From: an uncultured Caenibius sp.
Lineage (GTDB): Bacteria > Pseudomonadota > Alphaproteobacteria > Sphingomonadales > Sphingomonadaceae
Length of the DNA stretch: 64,000 nucleotides
Direction of reading: 5' to 3'
Assembly (NCBI GenBank): GCA_964468045.1
Contig: CAYXTO010000013.1
Coordinates: 21,392 to 85,391 of the forward strand
The position numbers and the translations under genes were made by a program. Shown here one piece after another: positions 32,824-41,310 of the stretch; the stretch's first letter is position 1, and each line of letters opens with the position of its first letter. The notes under the pieces are model-generated. The model made no database searches. It was not told where the DNA came from and saw only the letters and a program-made list of their open reading frames with translations.

Positions 32824-32904
32824 TGGCCGGAGATTGACCTGACCATCGAAACCTCCATTACCGACAAATAACCAAAATTGATTCGGATTTTGGCCGGAGA
32901 TTGA
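32824..32904 (+). repeat. 14-bp perfect direct repeat TGGCCGGAGATTGA flanking an AT-rich spacer
   Basis: Copies at 32824-32837 and 32891-32904. The second ends 14 nt before the LLM start codon, the first begins 8 nt after the synthetase stop. Confidence 0.5.
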
Positions 32905-32918
32905 AAGGAAACCATAAC

Positions 32919-34118
32919 ATGGCGCAAAAGCGCATGAGATTTGGTGCATTCATTGCGCCGCATACCCCAACCGACGAGCATCCCTCGCTGAGCCTTGAAG
33001 AGGATATGGAGCGAGTGGTGTGGATGGAAAAGCTGGGTTTCGATGAAGCCTGGATTGGCGAACATCACTCCAGCGGCTGGGAAATCAACGGCAGCCCGGA
33101 GATCTTCATCGCCGCGGTCTCGCAACGCACCAGCCGAATCAAGCTCGGCACCGGGGTGGTTTCACTGCCCTATCACAATCCTTTTACGGTGGCCGACCGC
33201 ATCCGGCAGCTCGACCATGTCACCAAGGGCCGCACCATTCTCGGCATGGGGCCGGGCTCGCTGCCGTCCGATGCGTACATGATGGGCATTCCCACCGCTG
33301 AAGCGCGGGACCGGATGGAGCAAGCGATCGAGCCGATCGTGCGGCTGCTGAACAATGAGATCGTGACCGCCAAGACCGACTGGTTCAACCTGCAGGAAGC
33401 CAGGCTCCAGCTCGATCCCTATAATGACGATGGCGTGGAAGTAGCTGTCGCCAGCCAGGTTTCGCCGACCGGGGCGCGAGCGGCGGGCAAGTTCGGCCTG
33501 TCGATGTTGGCGATCGGCGCGACCTCTGCAGGCGGGTTCAATGCGCTGGCCTCCAACTGGGCGATCGCCGAAGAAACCGCCGCCGAGCACGGCAACCAGA
33601 TGGACCGGAATGGCTGGCGCCTGGTCGGACCCGTTCACGTGGCCGAAACCCGCGAAAAGGCCCGCGAGAATGTCCGTTACGGATTGGAACGGTGGATCGA
33701 ATACATGTCGCAGGTTGCGGCTATTCCGCTGGCGCCGCCTGCCGGGCAGGATCCGGTGGATTATATGATCGATACCGGGTTCGGAGTGATCGGAACGCCG
33801 GACGATTTCGTGGCGCAGATGAGCCGGCTGTCGGAGCAATCGGGCGGGTTCGGCTGCTTCCTCAACCTGGACAATCACTGGGCCGACTGGGAGCAGACCA
33901 AGCGCTCCTACGAGCTGATCGCCCGCTTCGCCATTCCGAAGATCAACAAGCTCAACGAATCCCGCATCCGTTCGGAGACCTGGCTGCGGGAGAACAACGC
34001 CCAGTTCAAGGGCGAACTGACCGCGGCGGTGCGCTCCAAGATGGAGGAATACGCCCGGGAAAAGGGCATGGACAAGCTGTCCCCCGATCTCGTCGCACAC
34101 TTCAAGGCCAATACCTGA
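32919..34118 (+). CDS. Luciferase-like (LLM-class) flavin-dependent monooxygenase/oxidoreductase
   Basis: ATG at 32919. MRFGAFIAPH...GFDEAWIGEHHSSGWEINGSPEIFIAAVSQRTSRIKLGTGVVSLPYHNPF is the typical LLM TIM-barrel N-terminus, seen in proteins annotated as limonene monooxygenase-like. Confidence 0.85.
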   Translation: MAQKRMRFGAFIAPHTPTDEHPSLSLEEDMERVVWMEKLGFDEAWIGEHHSSGWEINGSPEIFIAAVSQRTSRIKLGTGVVSLPYHNPFTVADRIRQLDHVTKGRTILGMGPGSLPSDAYMMGIPTAEARDRMEQAIEPIVRLLNNEIVTAKTDWFNLQEARLQLDPYNDDGVEVAVASQVSPTGARAAGKFGLSMLAIGATSAGGFNALASNWAIAEETAAEHGNQMDRNGWRLVGPVHVAETREKARENVRYGLERWIEYMSQVAAIPLAPPAGQDPVDYMIDTGFGVIGTPDDFVAQMSRLSEQSGGFGCFLNLDNHWADWEQTKRSYELIARFAIPKINKLNESRIRSETWLRENNAQFKGELTAAVRSKMEEYAREKGMDKLSPDLVAHFKANT

Positions 34119-34128
34119 AGGCCGATCC

Positions 34129-34159
34129 GGGGCGGTGCAATGCGCCGCCCCTTTATATT
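34129..34159 (+). terminator. Candidate rho-independent terminator after the LLM gene
   Basis: GGGGCGG (34129-34135), 9-nt loop, CCGCCCC (34145-34151), followed by TTTATATT. Confidence 0.45.
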
Positions 34160-34288
34160 GCAGCCGTCGATCAGGCTATCACTGAACAATTCGCCAGCGA
34201 TAGCCCCCAAGGTTCGTGGCTTTGTCATTGAAGCCTGCCAGTAGTACAGGACTGCCAGCCCCACCAACAATTATCCGGAGAGGACGAA

Positions 34289-35248
34289 ATGATTCGCCCC
34301 GAAGACGTAAGCTACCATACGCCCCAGGACGTCCAGTACGACTGGGCTGAAACCAGCTTCTTCTCCTTCCATGTTCCCGAAGCAAATCTTACGGGATGGA
34401 TCTATCTCATCGCCCGGACCGGCCTCGGCTCCATAGTCTGCGATATCGAAGTGATGGACCGGATCGGCCGGATCACTCTCGAAACCGTCTATTTCGACTT
34501 CCAGCAGCATCTGCCCTTGCCGGAAAAGCTCGAGGACTTCTCGCTGCTCAATGGCCTTTCCCTCAAGACCGAGAACGAACCGCGCGACTATGTTCTCGAT
34601 TACCAGGGCACGGACGACACCTTCTTCAAGCTGAAGTTTACCGGGCTGATGGATCCGTTCGATATCCATGATCCCAGCATGGATCCCCTTGCATCGGTGG
34701 ATCCCAACCAGAGCGGGTTCGGTTCCGCTTATGCAAACCACTTCGACATGACGGTTCACACCACCGGCAAGGTCCGCATCCGGGGCAAGGACTACGACAT
34801 CGATTGCGTGACGACGATGGATCACAGCTGGGGGCCCCGCAACGAGCGTGGCATGAACCCGATGGGCTGGATCAACGGCAATTTCGGGACCGATTTCGCT
34901 TTCCAGACAATCTGGAAGCTGGATCAGCTCAAGCAAGGCTGGGACCAGTTCGAGCTGGCCCACGGCTACGTGCTGATCGACGGCAAGGTGAAGGGCCTGA
35001 CCAAGGGCCGGATGCAGGCCGTCCGGCAAGGTCCCTTCCCGGCCGGGTATGAAACTGTCCTGACCGATCTGGACGGTCGCGAATACACCTTCACCGGCAC
35101 CACGGTGAACCAGACGCCCTGGGCTTGCTACAGCAACATCATGGCCATCAATTCGACCGTGAAGTGGTTCCACAATGGCCGGCCCGGCTATGGTCTCGCT
35201 CAGGAAAACTGGCCGCTCGACCGCTTGACCGGCAAGGGCCTTGCCTGA
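34289..35248 (+). CDS. Conserved hypothetical protein, unnamed family A, copy 2 of 3
   Basis: 319 aa. Shares WAETSFFSFHVPE and HTTGKVRIRGKDYDIDCVTTMDHSWGPRNE with the corresponding blocks of 57043-57981 and 2714-3658. RBS GGAGAGGA upstream. Confidence 0.75.
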   Translation: MIRPEDVSYHTPQDVQYDWAETSFFSFHVPEANLTGWIYLIARTGLGSIVCDIEVMDRIGRITLETVYFDFQQHLPLPEKLEDFSLLNGLSLKTENEPRDYVLDYQGTDDTFFKLKFTGLMDPFDIHDPSMDPLASVDPNQSGFGSAYANHFDMTVHTTGKVRIRGKDYDIDCVTTMDHSWGPRNERGMNPMGWINGNFGTDFAFQTIWKLDQLKQGWDQFELAHGYVLIDGKVKGLTKGRMQAVRQGPFPAGYETVLTDLDGREYTFTGTTVNQTPWACYSNIMAINSTVKWFHNGRPGYGLAQENWPLDRLTGKGLA

Positions 35249-35291
35249 AGGTCACTCCGCGAAAGACGGACCGAAGCTGATGTCTTGAGCA

Positions 35292-35329
35292 AAAAGGCCG
35301 CGCCCCATCCGGACGCGGCCTTTTGTTTT
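35292..35329. terminator. Bidirectional rho-independent terminator
   Basis: AAAAGGCCGCG (35292-35302) pairs with CGCGGCCTTTT (35314-35324), with an A-tract upstream and TTTTGTTTT downstream. Lies between convergent genes. Confidence 0.65.
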
Positions 35330-35366
35330 GTGTCCTATGCCCGGGATAAAATCCCGGCCTTTGGCA

Positions 35367-36830
35367 TCATCCGTATTTGCGCAGGGTCATGTTGAGGGTG
35401 GAGGACTTCACCTCGATCACCGGCATGTTGGCGATCTTCATCAGCTTGCGCGCCTGCTCCAGCTCCGGCGTCGACAGCAGCGGATAGTTCCGCCGGATTG
35501 GCCCGGCTGCCTTCATCTTGTCCCTGTCTGCCTGCGGAACAGTCATCCGATAGATCAGCTCGTCCTCGTCCTCGGTGTCGTACTGCTTCTTCAACTCTTC
35601 CAGCGTCGGCTCCTCCGGCGGGTTGGCCAGCACTTCCTTGGCCCGGCTCGACGCCATGATCTTGTCCATCACCTCCGGATCCACCGGCGCCACGGGCTTG
35701 CCGTAATATTCCGCCGCATACTGGATCACTTCATCCGGCACCGTCCCATAGCGCTTGCCCGTCACCACATTCAGCACCGCCTGGATCCCCACCAGCTGGC
35801 TGAACGGCGTCGCCATCCCCGGATAGCCCAGGTCCCGCCGCACCGCCGCCACCTCGTCCAGAACCTCGTCCAGCTTGTCCATCATGTTGTGGTTGGCCAA
35901 CTGCGCCTTGAACGTGCCCATCATCCCGCCCGGGATCTGGTGCTCGATCGAGAAGATGTCGTATTCGGCATACTGGTTCACCAGGAAGCCCGCCGCCTTG
36001 CCGACCGCCTCGAAATGATCGGCCACCGGCTTGAACAGCGCTTCATCCAGATTGTGGGTATGGCCCTTGAGCTGGATGTTCCTGGCCATGATCTCGGTTG
36101 AGGGCACCGAGGGTCCATTGGCCATCGGCCGGCTCGCGGTGTGGATCACCGACACCCCGAAATCGATCGCATCGAGATAGGCCTTGGCCGACATCCCCAG
36201 CAGGTTGTTCGAATGCATCTCGATCGGCTTGCCGTTGGCCACCTTCACCAAGGCCGGCACCAGCGTCGACAGCCGCTCCCGCTCCAGCACACCCGCCGTG
36301 TCGTAGAGCAGGATGGAGTCGATGTTGGGATCGGAAGCCAGGATCCCGGCCTTCTCGATGAAATATTCGTCGGTATGGACCGGCGAAAGCGCGAACATGA
36401 TGGCGCCAGCCACCTGCGCCCCGTTCGCCGCCTTCGCTTCCTTGGCAAGCCGGCGCATATTGTCGGTGCCCAGCAGCACGTCATACAGCCAGAACGAGCG
36501 CACGCCATGCGCGCACAGGCGGCGCACCCACAGGTCCATCAGCGCCGGCGGCGTGATGCCGAAGGTGACGTTGGCATTGGCGCGCAGGCCCGCCCGGACC
36601 GGGGTGTTGGGCATCGACGCCACCAGCAGGTCCAGCCCGGACCAGTAATCCTCCTGGCAATAGCGGATCAGCACGTCCATCATGCCGCCGCCGGTCAGGT
36701 CGATGATCTTGAACCCGGTCCTGTCGATCAGCGGGGAGACCGGCAGCGCCATCCCGGCCTGCATCCGCAGGCCCCACAGGCTTTGCTGCCCGTCACGCAT
36801 GGTTTCGTCGAGAAATTCGATATGGGCCAT
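35367..36830 (-). CDS. OadA/PycB-type carboxyltransferase-like subunit (HMGL-like TIM barrel plus conserved carboxylase domain) without a biotinyl domain
   Basis: Start moved to MAHIEFLDETMRDGQQSL (ATG 36828-36830). The N-terminal D-x-T-x-RD-x-QS motif and the central EHQIPGGMMGTF...VRRDLGYPGMATPFSQLVGIQAVLNVV blocks match oxaloacetate decarboxylase alpha / pyruvate carboxylase B. There is no C-terminal MKM/biotinyl motif. Confidence 0.85.
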   Translation of the reverse strand: MAHIEFLDETMRDGQQSLWGLRMQAGMALPVSPLIDRTGFKIIDLTGGGMMDVLIRYCQEDYWSGLDLLVASMPNTPVRAGLRANANVTFGITPPALMDLWVRRLCAHGVRSFWLYDVLLGTDNMRRLAKEAKAANGAQVAGAIMFALSPVHTDEYFIEKAGILASDPNIDSILLYDTAGVLERERLSTLVPALVKVANGKPIEMHSNNLLGMSAKAYLDAIDFGVSVIHTASRPMANGPSVPSTEIMARNIQLKGHTHNLDEALFKPVADHFEAVGKAAGFLVNQYAEYDIFSIEHQIPGGMMGTFKAQLANHNMMDKLDEVLDEVAAVRRDLGYPGMATPFSQLVGIQAVLNVVTGKRYGTVPDEVIQYAAEYYGKPVAPVDPEVMDKIMASSRAKEVLANPPEEPTLEELKKQYDTEDEDELIYRMTVPQADRDKMKAAGPIRRNYPLLSTPELEQARKLMKIANMPVIEVKSSTLNMTLRKYG

Positions 36831-36834
36831 CGGC

Positions 36835-38205
36835 TCAGCTTCCCATCTTCTTGTCAAAGTCCGGCAGGCACTTGTCTTCCGCCCAGCGGGTTGTGATCTG
36901 GTTGTTCCGGAAATCGGGATGATCGACGATGAACGCAGCAAGCGGCATCGTGGTCTTGATCCCTTCCAGTTCGAATGCATTGATCGCCGCGATCAGCTTG
37001 TCGATCGCCTCGTTGCGGTCCTTCCCATACACGATCAGCTTGCCGATCATGGAATCGTAGAACGGTGGAACGAGGTAGTTCTCGCCGGCATGGCTATCCA
37101 GGCGGATACCCTCGCCCTGCGGCGGGTTCCACTTGGTGATCCGCCCGGGCGATGGTGCGAAATCGCGCTGCGCATCCTCCGCATTGATGCGGCATTCGAT
37201 GGCGTGGCCCCGAACTTCGACTTCATCCTGGGTGATACCGATCCCTTCGCCGCCCGCGACGCGAAGCTGGCAAGCGATCAGGTCGCGCCCGGTGATCTCT
37301 TCCGTCACCGGATGCTCGACCTGGATGCGCGAGTTGACCTCGATGAAGTAGAAATCGTTGCGATCGACGTCGTAGAGGAACTCGACCGTGCCGGCATTGC
37401 GATACTTCGCGGTCGAGGTGAGGCGCACCGCGGATTCATGCAACCGCTTGCGGACATCGTCCGGCACCGCCGTGGCCGGCGCTTCCTCGATCAGCTTCTG
37501 ATAACGGCGCTGGACGGTGCAGTCCCGCTCGCCGAAATGGACGACATTACCTTCGCCGTCACCGACGATCTGCACTTCGACATGGCGTGCCCGTTCGACA
37601 AAGCGTTCCATGTAAAGGCGATTGTCGCCAAAGGCGCTCTCCGCTTCGCGTGAGGCGCGTTCGAACGATGCGTCCAGTTCTTCCGGCGACACCGCCTTGA
37701 ACATCCCTCGTCCGCCGCCGCCGGCAGTCGCCTTCATGACCACCGGATAGCCGAGCTGGTCCGCAGCCTTCTTCGCCTCTTCCACGGAACGGATATGGTC
37801 TGTTCCAGGAACAGTCTGGACGTTGGCCGCAGCGGCCAATTCACGCGAAGAGATCTTGTCGCCCAGAATTTCGATGGAATCCGGACGGGGACCGACGAAG
37901 ACGATCCCTTCCTGCTCGCAAAGCCTGGCAAGCTCCGGCTTTTCCGACAGGAAACCATAGCCCGGATGCAAGGCATCGCAGCCGGTAGCCACGGCGGCGT
38001 GCACCACCAGGTTGACATCGAGATAGCTCTTGGTCGACGGCGCCGGCCCCAGCACGACCGCACGGTCGGCCATGCGCGCGCCCATGCTGTCCTTATCGGC
38101 GGCGGAAACCCCGATCACCGTCTCGATGCCAAGCGCCTTCGCGGTGCGCAGCACGCGGACCGCGATTTCGCCACGATTGGCGACAAAAAGGCGTTTGATC
38201 GCCAC
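36835..38205 (-). CDS. Biotin carboxylase (ATP-grasp) subunit
   Basis: RLFVANRGEIAVRVLRTAKALGIETV, HPGYGFLSE, GYPVVMKATAGGGGRGM, EVNSRIQVEHPVTE. 456 aa. Confidence 0.92.
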   Translation of the reverse strand: MAIKRLFVANRGEIAVRVLRTAKALGIETVIGVSAADKDSMGARMADRAVVLGPAPSTKSYLDVNLVVHAAVATGCDALHPGYGFLSEKPELARLCEQEGIVFVGPRPDSIEILGDKISSRELAAAANVQTVPGTDHIRSVEEAKKAADQLGYPVVMKATAGGGGRGMFKAVSPEELDASFERASREAESAFGDNRLYMERFVERARHVEVQIVGDGEGNVVHFGERDCTVQRRYQKLIEEAPATAVPDDVRKRLHESAVRLTSTAKYRNAGTVEFLYDVDRNDFYFIEVNSRIQVEHPVTEEITGRDLIACQLRVAGGEGIGITQDEVEVRGHAIECRINAEDAQRDFAPSPGRITKWNPPQGEGIRLDSHAGENYLVPPFYDSMIGKLIVYGKDRNEAIDKLIAAINAFELEGIKTTMPLAAFIVDHPDFRNNQITTRWAEDKCLPDFDKKMGS

Positions 38206-38208
38206 GGG

Positions 38209-38718
38209 TCAGGCCTTTTCGACGTAGAACAGCGGCTGTCCGTGCTCGACCATGTCGGCATCGTTGACGCAAACCTGCACGACCTTGCCGGAAACGCCAG
38301 CCTTCACCGCGGTGAAGAGCTTCATCACTTCGAGCAGGCAGATTTCGGTGTCTTCCGTGACCTGCTGGCCGATTTCCACGAAGGGCGCCGCGCCTGGCTT
38401 CGGTGCGCGGTAGAAGGTGCCGAGGTTCGGCGCTGTCACCGCCACCCAATTGGCCGGAATGCTGTCCGCAGCCGGCGCGCTTGCAGCGGGAGCCGAAGCG
38501 GCGGGCGCTGCAGCCGGGGCCGCAGGAGCGGCGGCGGCAGGTGCGGCGACAGCCGCCGGAGCGCTGGCAAGACCGCCGCCAATACCCGAAGTAAGCTGCG
38601 CATCGGCGCGCCGCGACAGGAACAGGTGCAGCCCGTCCAGTTCGATGTGCAATTCGTCCCAATCGGATTGTTCGAACAAATCGACAATCGCCACTACGTC
38701 TTTTGAGTTGTCAGACAC
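38209..38718 (-). CDS. Biotin carboxyl carrier protein
   Basis: Ala/Pro-rich linker (APAAVAAPAAAAPAAPAAAPAASAPAAS) followed by the biotinyl domain with CLLEVMKLFTAVKA (E-V-M-K-L attachment motif). Confidence 0.85.
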   Translation of the reverse strand: MSDNSKDVVAIVDLFEQSDWDELHIELDGLHLFLSRRADAQLTSGIGGGLASAPAAVAAPAAAAPAAPAAAPAASAPAASAPAADSIPANWVAVTAPNLGTFYRAPKPGAAPFVEIGQQVTEDTEICLLEVMKLFTAVKAGVSGKVVQVCVNDADMVEHGQPLFYVEKA

Positions 38719-38776
38719 CTGTCACTCGCTCCCGAAAAATGAATCCCCACGCCGGCCGAATCTATCGGCCAGCAGA

Positions 38777-40237
38777 TTACTTTGCCGATTCCAGCAACTT
38801 GTCACGCACCGAACGGCGCAGAATCTTGTTGGCCCCGCTCTTGGGAAGTTCATCCCACACATGGATCTCCTTCGGGCGCTTCACGCTCGAAAGCTTCCCG
38901 CGCGCGAATTCCATGATCGCCTCCGGATCGAGATCGCCGGTTCCGGCGACCACGGCCACCACGCGATCGCCCCATTTCTCGTCCGGCAGGCCAACCACCG
39001 CCACTTCGGAGACGCCGGGATAATCCATCAGGCCATCTTCGACTTCGCGCGGATAGATATTGTAGCCGCCCGAGATCAGCATGTCGTTCTTGCGATCGAC
39101 GATATAGAAGAAGCCATCCTCGTCCATGATGCCGATGTCGCCGGTGTGGAGCCAGCCATTGCGAAAGGCTTCGGCGGTCTTTTCCGGCATCTGCCAGTAT
39201 CCCGCCATGGTCTGCGGGCCACGGCAGACGATCTCGCCACGCTCACCCGGCGGCAGCGGATTGTCCTCGTCGTCGAAGATCGCGACCTCGACCACCGAGA
39301 ACGGACGTCCGCACGAACCCACGCGGTCATGATGTTCCGGGCGCAGATAGGTGATCGCCATCGGGCTTTCGGCCTGGCCGTAGCATTGTGCGAACACGCG
39401 GCCGAAACGCTCCTCGCCCCGCTTCATCACGTTTGGAGAGATGGAGGAGCCGCCATAGGAGATGATCTTGAAGCTGGTCTTCACCTGGTTGCCGACCGGA
39501 TCGTCCAGCAGCATGGCCAGCATCGTCGGCACCAGGAAGGAATAGGACGCCTGGGTCTGCTCCGCCAGCTTGAGATATTCGGTCGTGTCGAACTTGGTCA
39601 TCATGACCGAATGCACGCCGCGAATGATCGACGGCAGGAAGTAGGCACCCCCGGCATGGGCGATCGGCGCCCCGTGCAGGAAGATCTCCCCTTCGGCCAG
39701 TTCGGGGATGAGATCGGCCAGGAAGACATTGATCTCGACGAGATCGCTGCGGGTCGTCAGCACAACGACCTTCGACTTGCCGGTGGTGCCGCCGGTGAAT
39801 GCGAAGCGCAGCGGTGCATCCAGATCGCGGTCCACCGCACAGGGGTTCTGTTCACCCTTTTCGATCATTTCCAGCAGTTCTGGGAGCTGGATCTGGATTT
39901 CCGTATTGAGCTCGTCGATCCCGTCGTGGATCACGCAACGCGATTGCGACGCTTCAAGCTTGTGCAGATGGGTGTCGAGCGTTTCCTTCACATTGAGCTG
40001 CACCCGGACCAGCCCGGCCTTGAGGATCGCATAATAGGCGATCATGCATTCCGTGGAATTGGGCAGCAGCACCGCAACGCGATCGCCCGGATTGAGGCCC
40101 TTGGCGATCAGCGCGTTGCCGAGACGATCGGTCGCCGCATCGAAATCCCGGAAGCTGAGAGTGCGGTCGCCTTCGGTAATGCAAGGCGCATCCTTGTATT
40201 GGAGCGCCGCCCGGCGGATGATCGAACCGATCTGCAT
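38777..40237 (-). CDS. AMP-dependent acyl-CoA synthetase/ligase
   Basis: FTGGTTGKSKVVVL, YGQAESP, HTGDIGIMDEDGFFYIVDRKNDMLISGGYNIYPREVE, SGANKILRR. Confidence 0.9.
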   Translation of the reverse strand: MQIGSIIRRAALQYKDAPCITEGDRTLSFRDFDAATDRLGNALIAKGLNPGDRVAVLLPNSTECMIAYYAILKAGLVRVQLNVKETLDTHLHKLEASQSRCVIHDGIDELNTEIQIQLPELLEMIEKGEQNPCAVDRDLDAPLRFAFTGGTTGKSKVVVLTTRSDLVEINVFLADLIPELAEGEIFLHGAPIAHAGGAYFLPSIIRGVHSVMMTKFDTTEYLKLAEQTQASYSFLVPTMLAMLLDDPVGNQVKTSFKIISYGGSSISPNVMKRGEERFGRVFAQCYGQAESPMAITYLRPEHHDRVGSCGRPFSVVEVAIFDDEDNPLPPGERGEIVCRGPQTMAGYWQMPEKTAEAFRNGWLHTGDIGIMDEDGFFYIVDRKNDMLISGGYNIYPREVEDGLMDYPGVSEVAVVGLPDEKWGDRVVAVVAGTGDLDPEAIMEFARGKLSSVKRPKEIHVWDELPKSGANKILRRSVRDKLLESAK

Positions 40238-40254
40238 CGAAAACCCTCTCTGTC

Positions 40255-41304
40255 CTACTTCGCCATGGCGTGATCATGCATCAGCACGACACGACCGGTG
40301 ATTTCTTTCGCTTCCATCGCCCGGTGGGCCTCGGCGGCTTCGCTGACCGGCATGACGCGCCCGATCTCCGGCGTGATCTTCCCATCTGCCACGATCTGGA
40401 TGATCTTGCGCAGATCGTTGAGCGTCGCGTGGGCGCTGCCGATGAATTCCAGTTCCTTGAGGATCGAAAGCGCGGGATTGAACGGCCAGTTGCCCGGCTC
40501 CATCGTGCCTACGATGACCATGCGACCACCGGCCCGGATCGAGCGCACGCTCGACGGAAAGGTCGCGGCGCCGGCGATCTCGAGCACGCCATCAACGCCG
40601 ATGCCATCGGTCCAGTCGCGCAGTTCCTTGTGGAAGCCGCCCTCGCCCGCGACCACCACATGATCCGCGCCCGCATCCTTCAATTGCCGGGCCTTCGCCG
40701 GCGAAGTGGTCGCGGCGACCACGCGCAACCCGCCCAGCGCAGCCAGGCGAACCGCGTGGATGCCCACGCCCCCGGAAGCGCCGGTGATCAGCACCGTGCT
40801 GCCGATCGGCAGGGCCGCCCGGCGCAGCGCATGATAGCCCGTGCCGATCGCACAGCTCAGGACGGGCGCCACGTCCAGCGGGATTTCCTCGGGCAGATGC
40901 AGCGTATTGCGCTCCGAAGCGATGACATATTCGCCATAGCCGCCCGAGATCTGCTCGCCATAGAATCCGGCGCCGGAAACGCAGATGTTCTCCTGCCCGT
41001 TGCGGCAGGGAATGCAGGTGCCGCAACCGATCCGCTGGATCATCGCGACCCGGTCGCCGACCTTGAACCTGGTGATCAGCGATCCGACCTCGACCACTTC
41101 CCCGGCCACCTCATGCCCCATCACGCAGGGCAGCTGGGTGGTCGAGAAATGACCGGCGCGATTGAGCAGGTCGTGCCCGCACACGCCGCAGCCGGCGACG
41201 CGCACCAGCATCTGGTCCGCGGTGATTTCCGGAACCGGCACTTCCACCTGGTGCAGGACGGAAGGAGCGCCGAATTCGGAAAGCTGGATCGCCTTCATCT
41301 TCAT
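40255..41304 (-). CDS. Zinc-binding MDR-family dehydrogenase/reductase
   Basis: CGVCGHD, GHEVAGEVVEVG, structural-zinc loop CGTCIPCRNGQENIC, cofactor motif ITGASGGVGIHAV. Confidence 0.85.
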   Translation of the reverse strand: MKMKAIQLSEFGAPSVLHQVEVPVPEITADQMLVRVAGCGVCGHDLLNRAGHFSTTQLPCVMGHEVAGEVVEVGSLITRFKVGDRVAMIQRIGCGTCIPCRNGQENICVSGAGFYGEQISGGYGEYVIASERNTLHLPEEIPLDVAPVLSCAIGTGYHALRRAALPIGSTVLITGASGGVGIHAVRLAALGGLRVVAATTSPAKARQLKDAGADHVVVAGEGGFHKELRDWTDGIGVDGVLEIAGAATFPSSVRSIRAGGRMVIVGTMEPGNWPFNPALSILKELEFIGSAHATLNDLRKIIQIVADGKITPEIGRVMPVSEAAEAHRAMEAKEITGRVVLMHDHAMAK

Positions 41305-41310
41305 CCGGCG

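Noticed and set aside
32878-32886. The 9-mer TTGATTCGG is shared by the regions upstream of the LLM gene (32878-32886) and the PQQ dehydrogenase gene (49678-49686). ATTGTCAA is shared by the two regions flanking the DDN-like gene (about 60605 and 61360).
   Set aside because: These matches are short enough to arise by chance in 128 kb of two-strand sequence. They resemble generic -35-like hexamers, and no convincing partner half-sites were found.
36835-38718. Reading BCCP plus biotin carboxylase as the housekeeping accB-accC of fatty-acid synthesis.
   Set aside because: They are sandwiched, with 3-58 nt gaps, between an acyl-CoA synthetase and an OadA/PycB-like transferase at the end of a 13-gene catabolic operon. 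This needs confirmation that another accBC pair exists in the genome.
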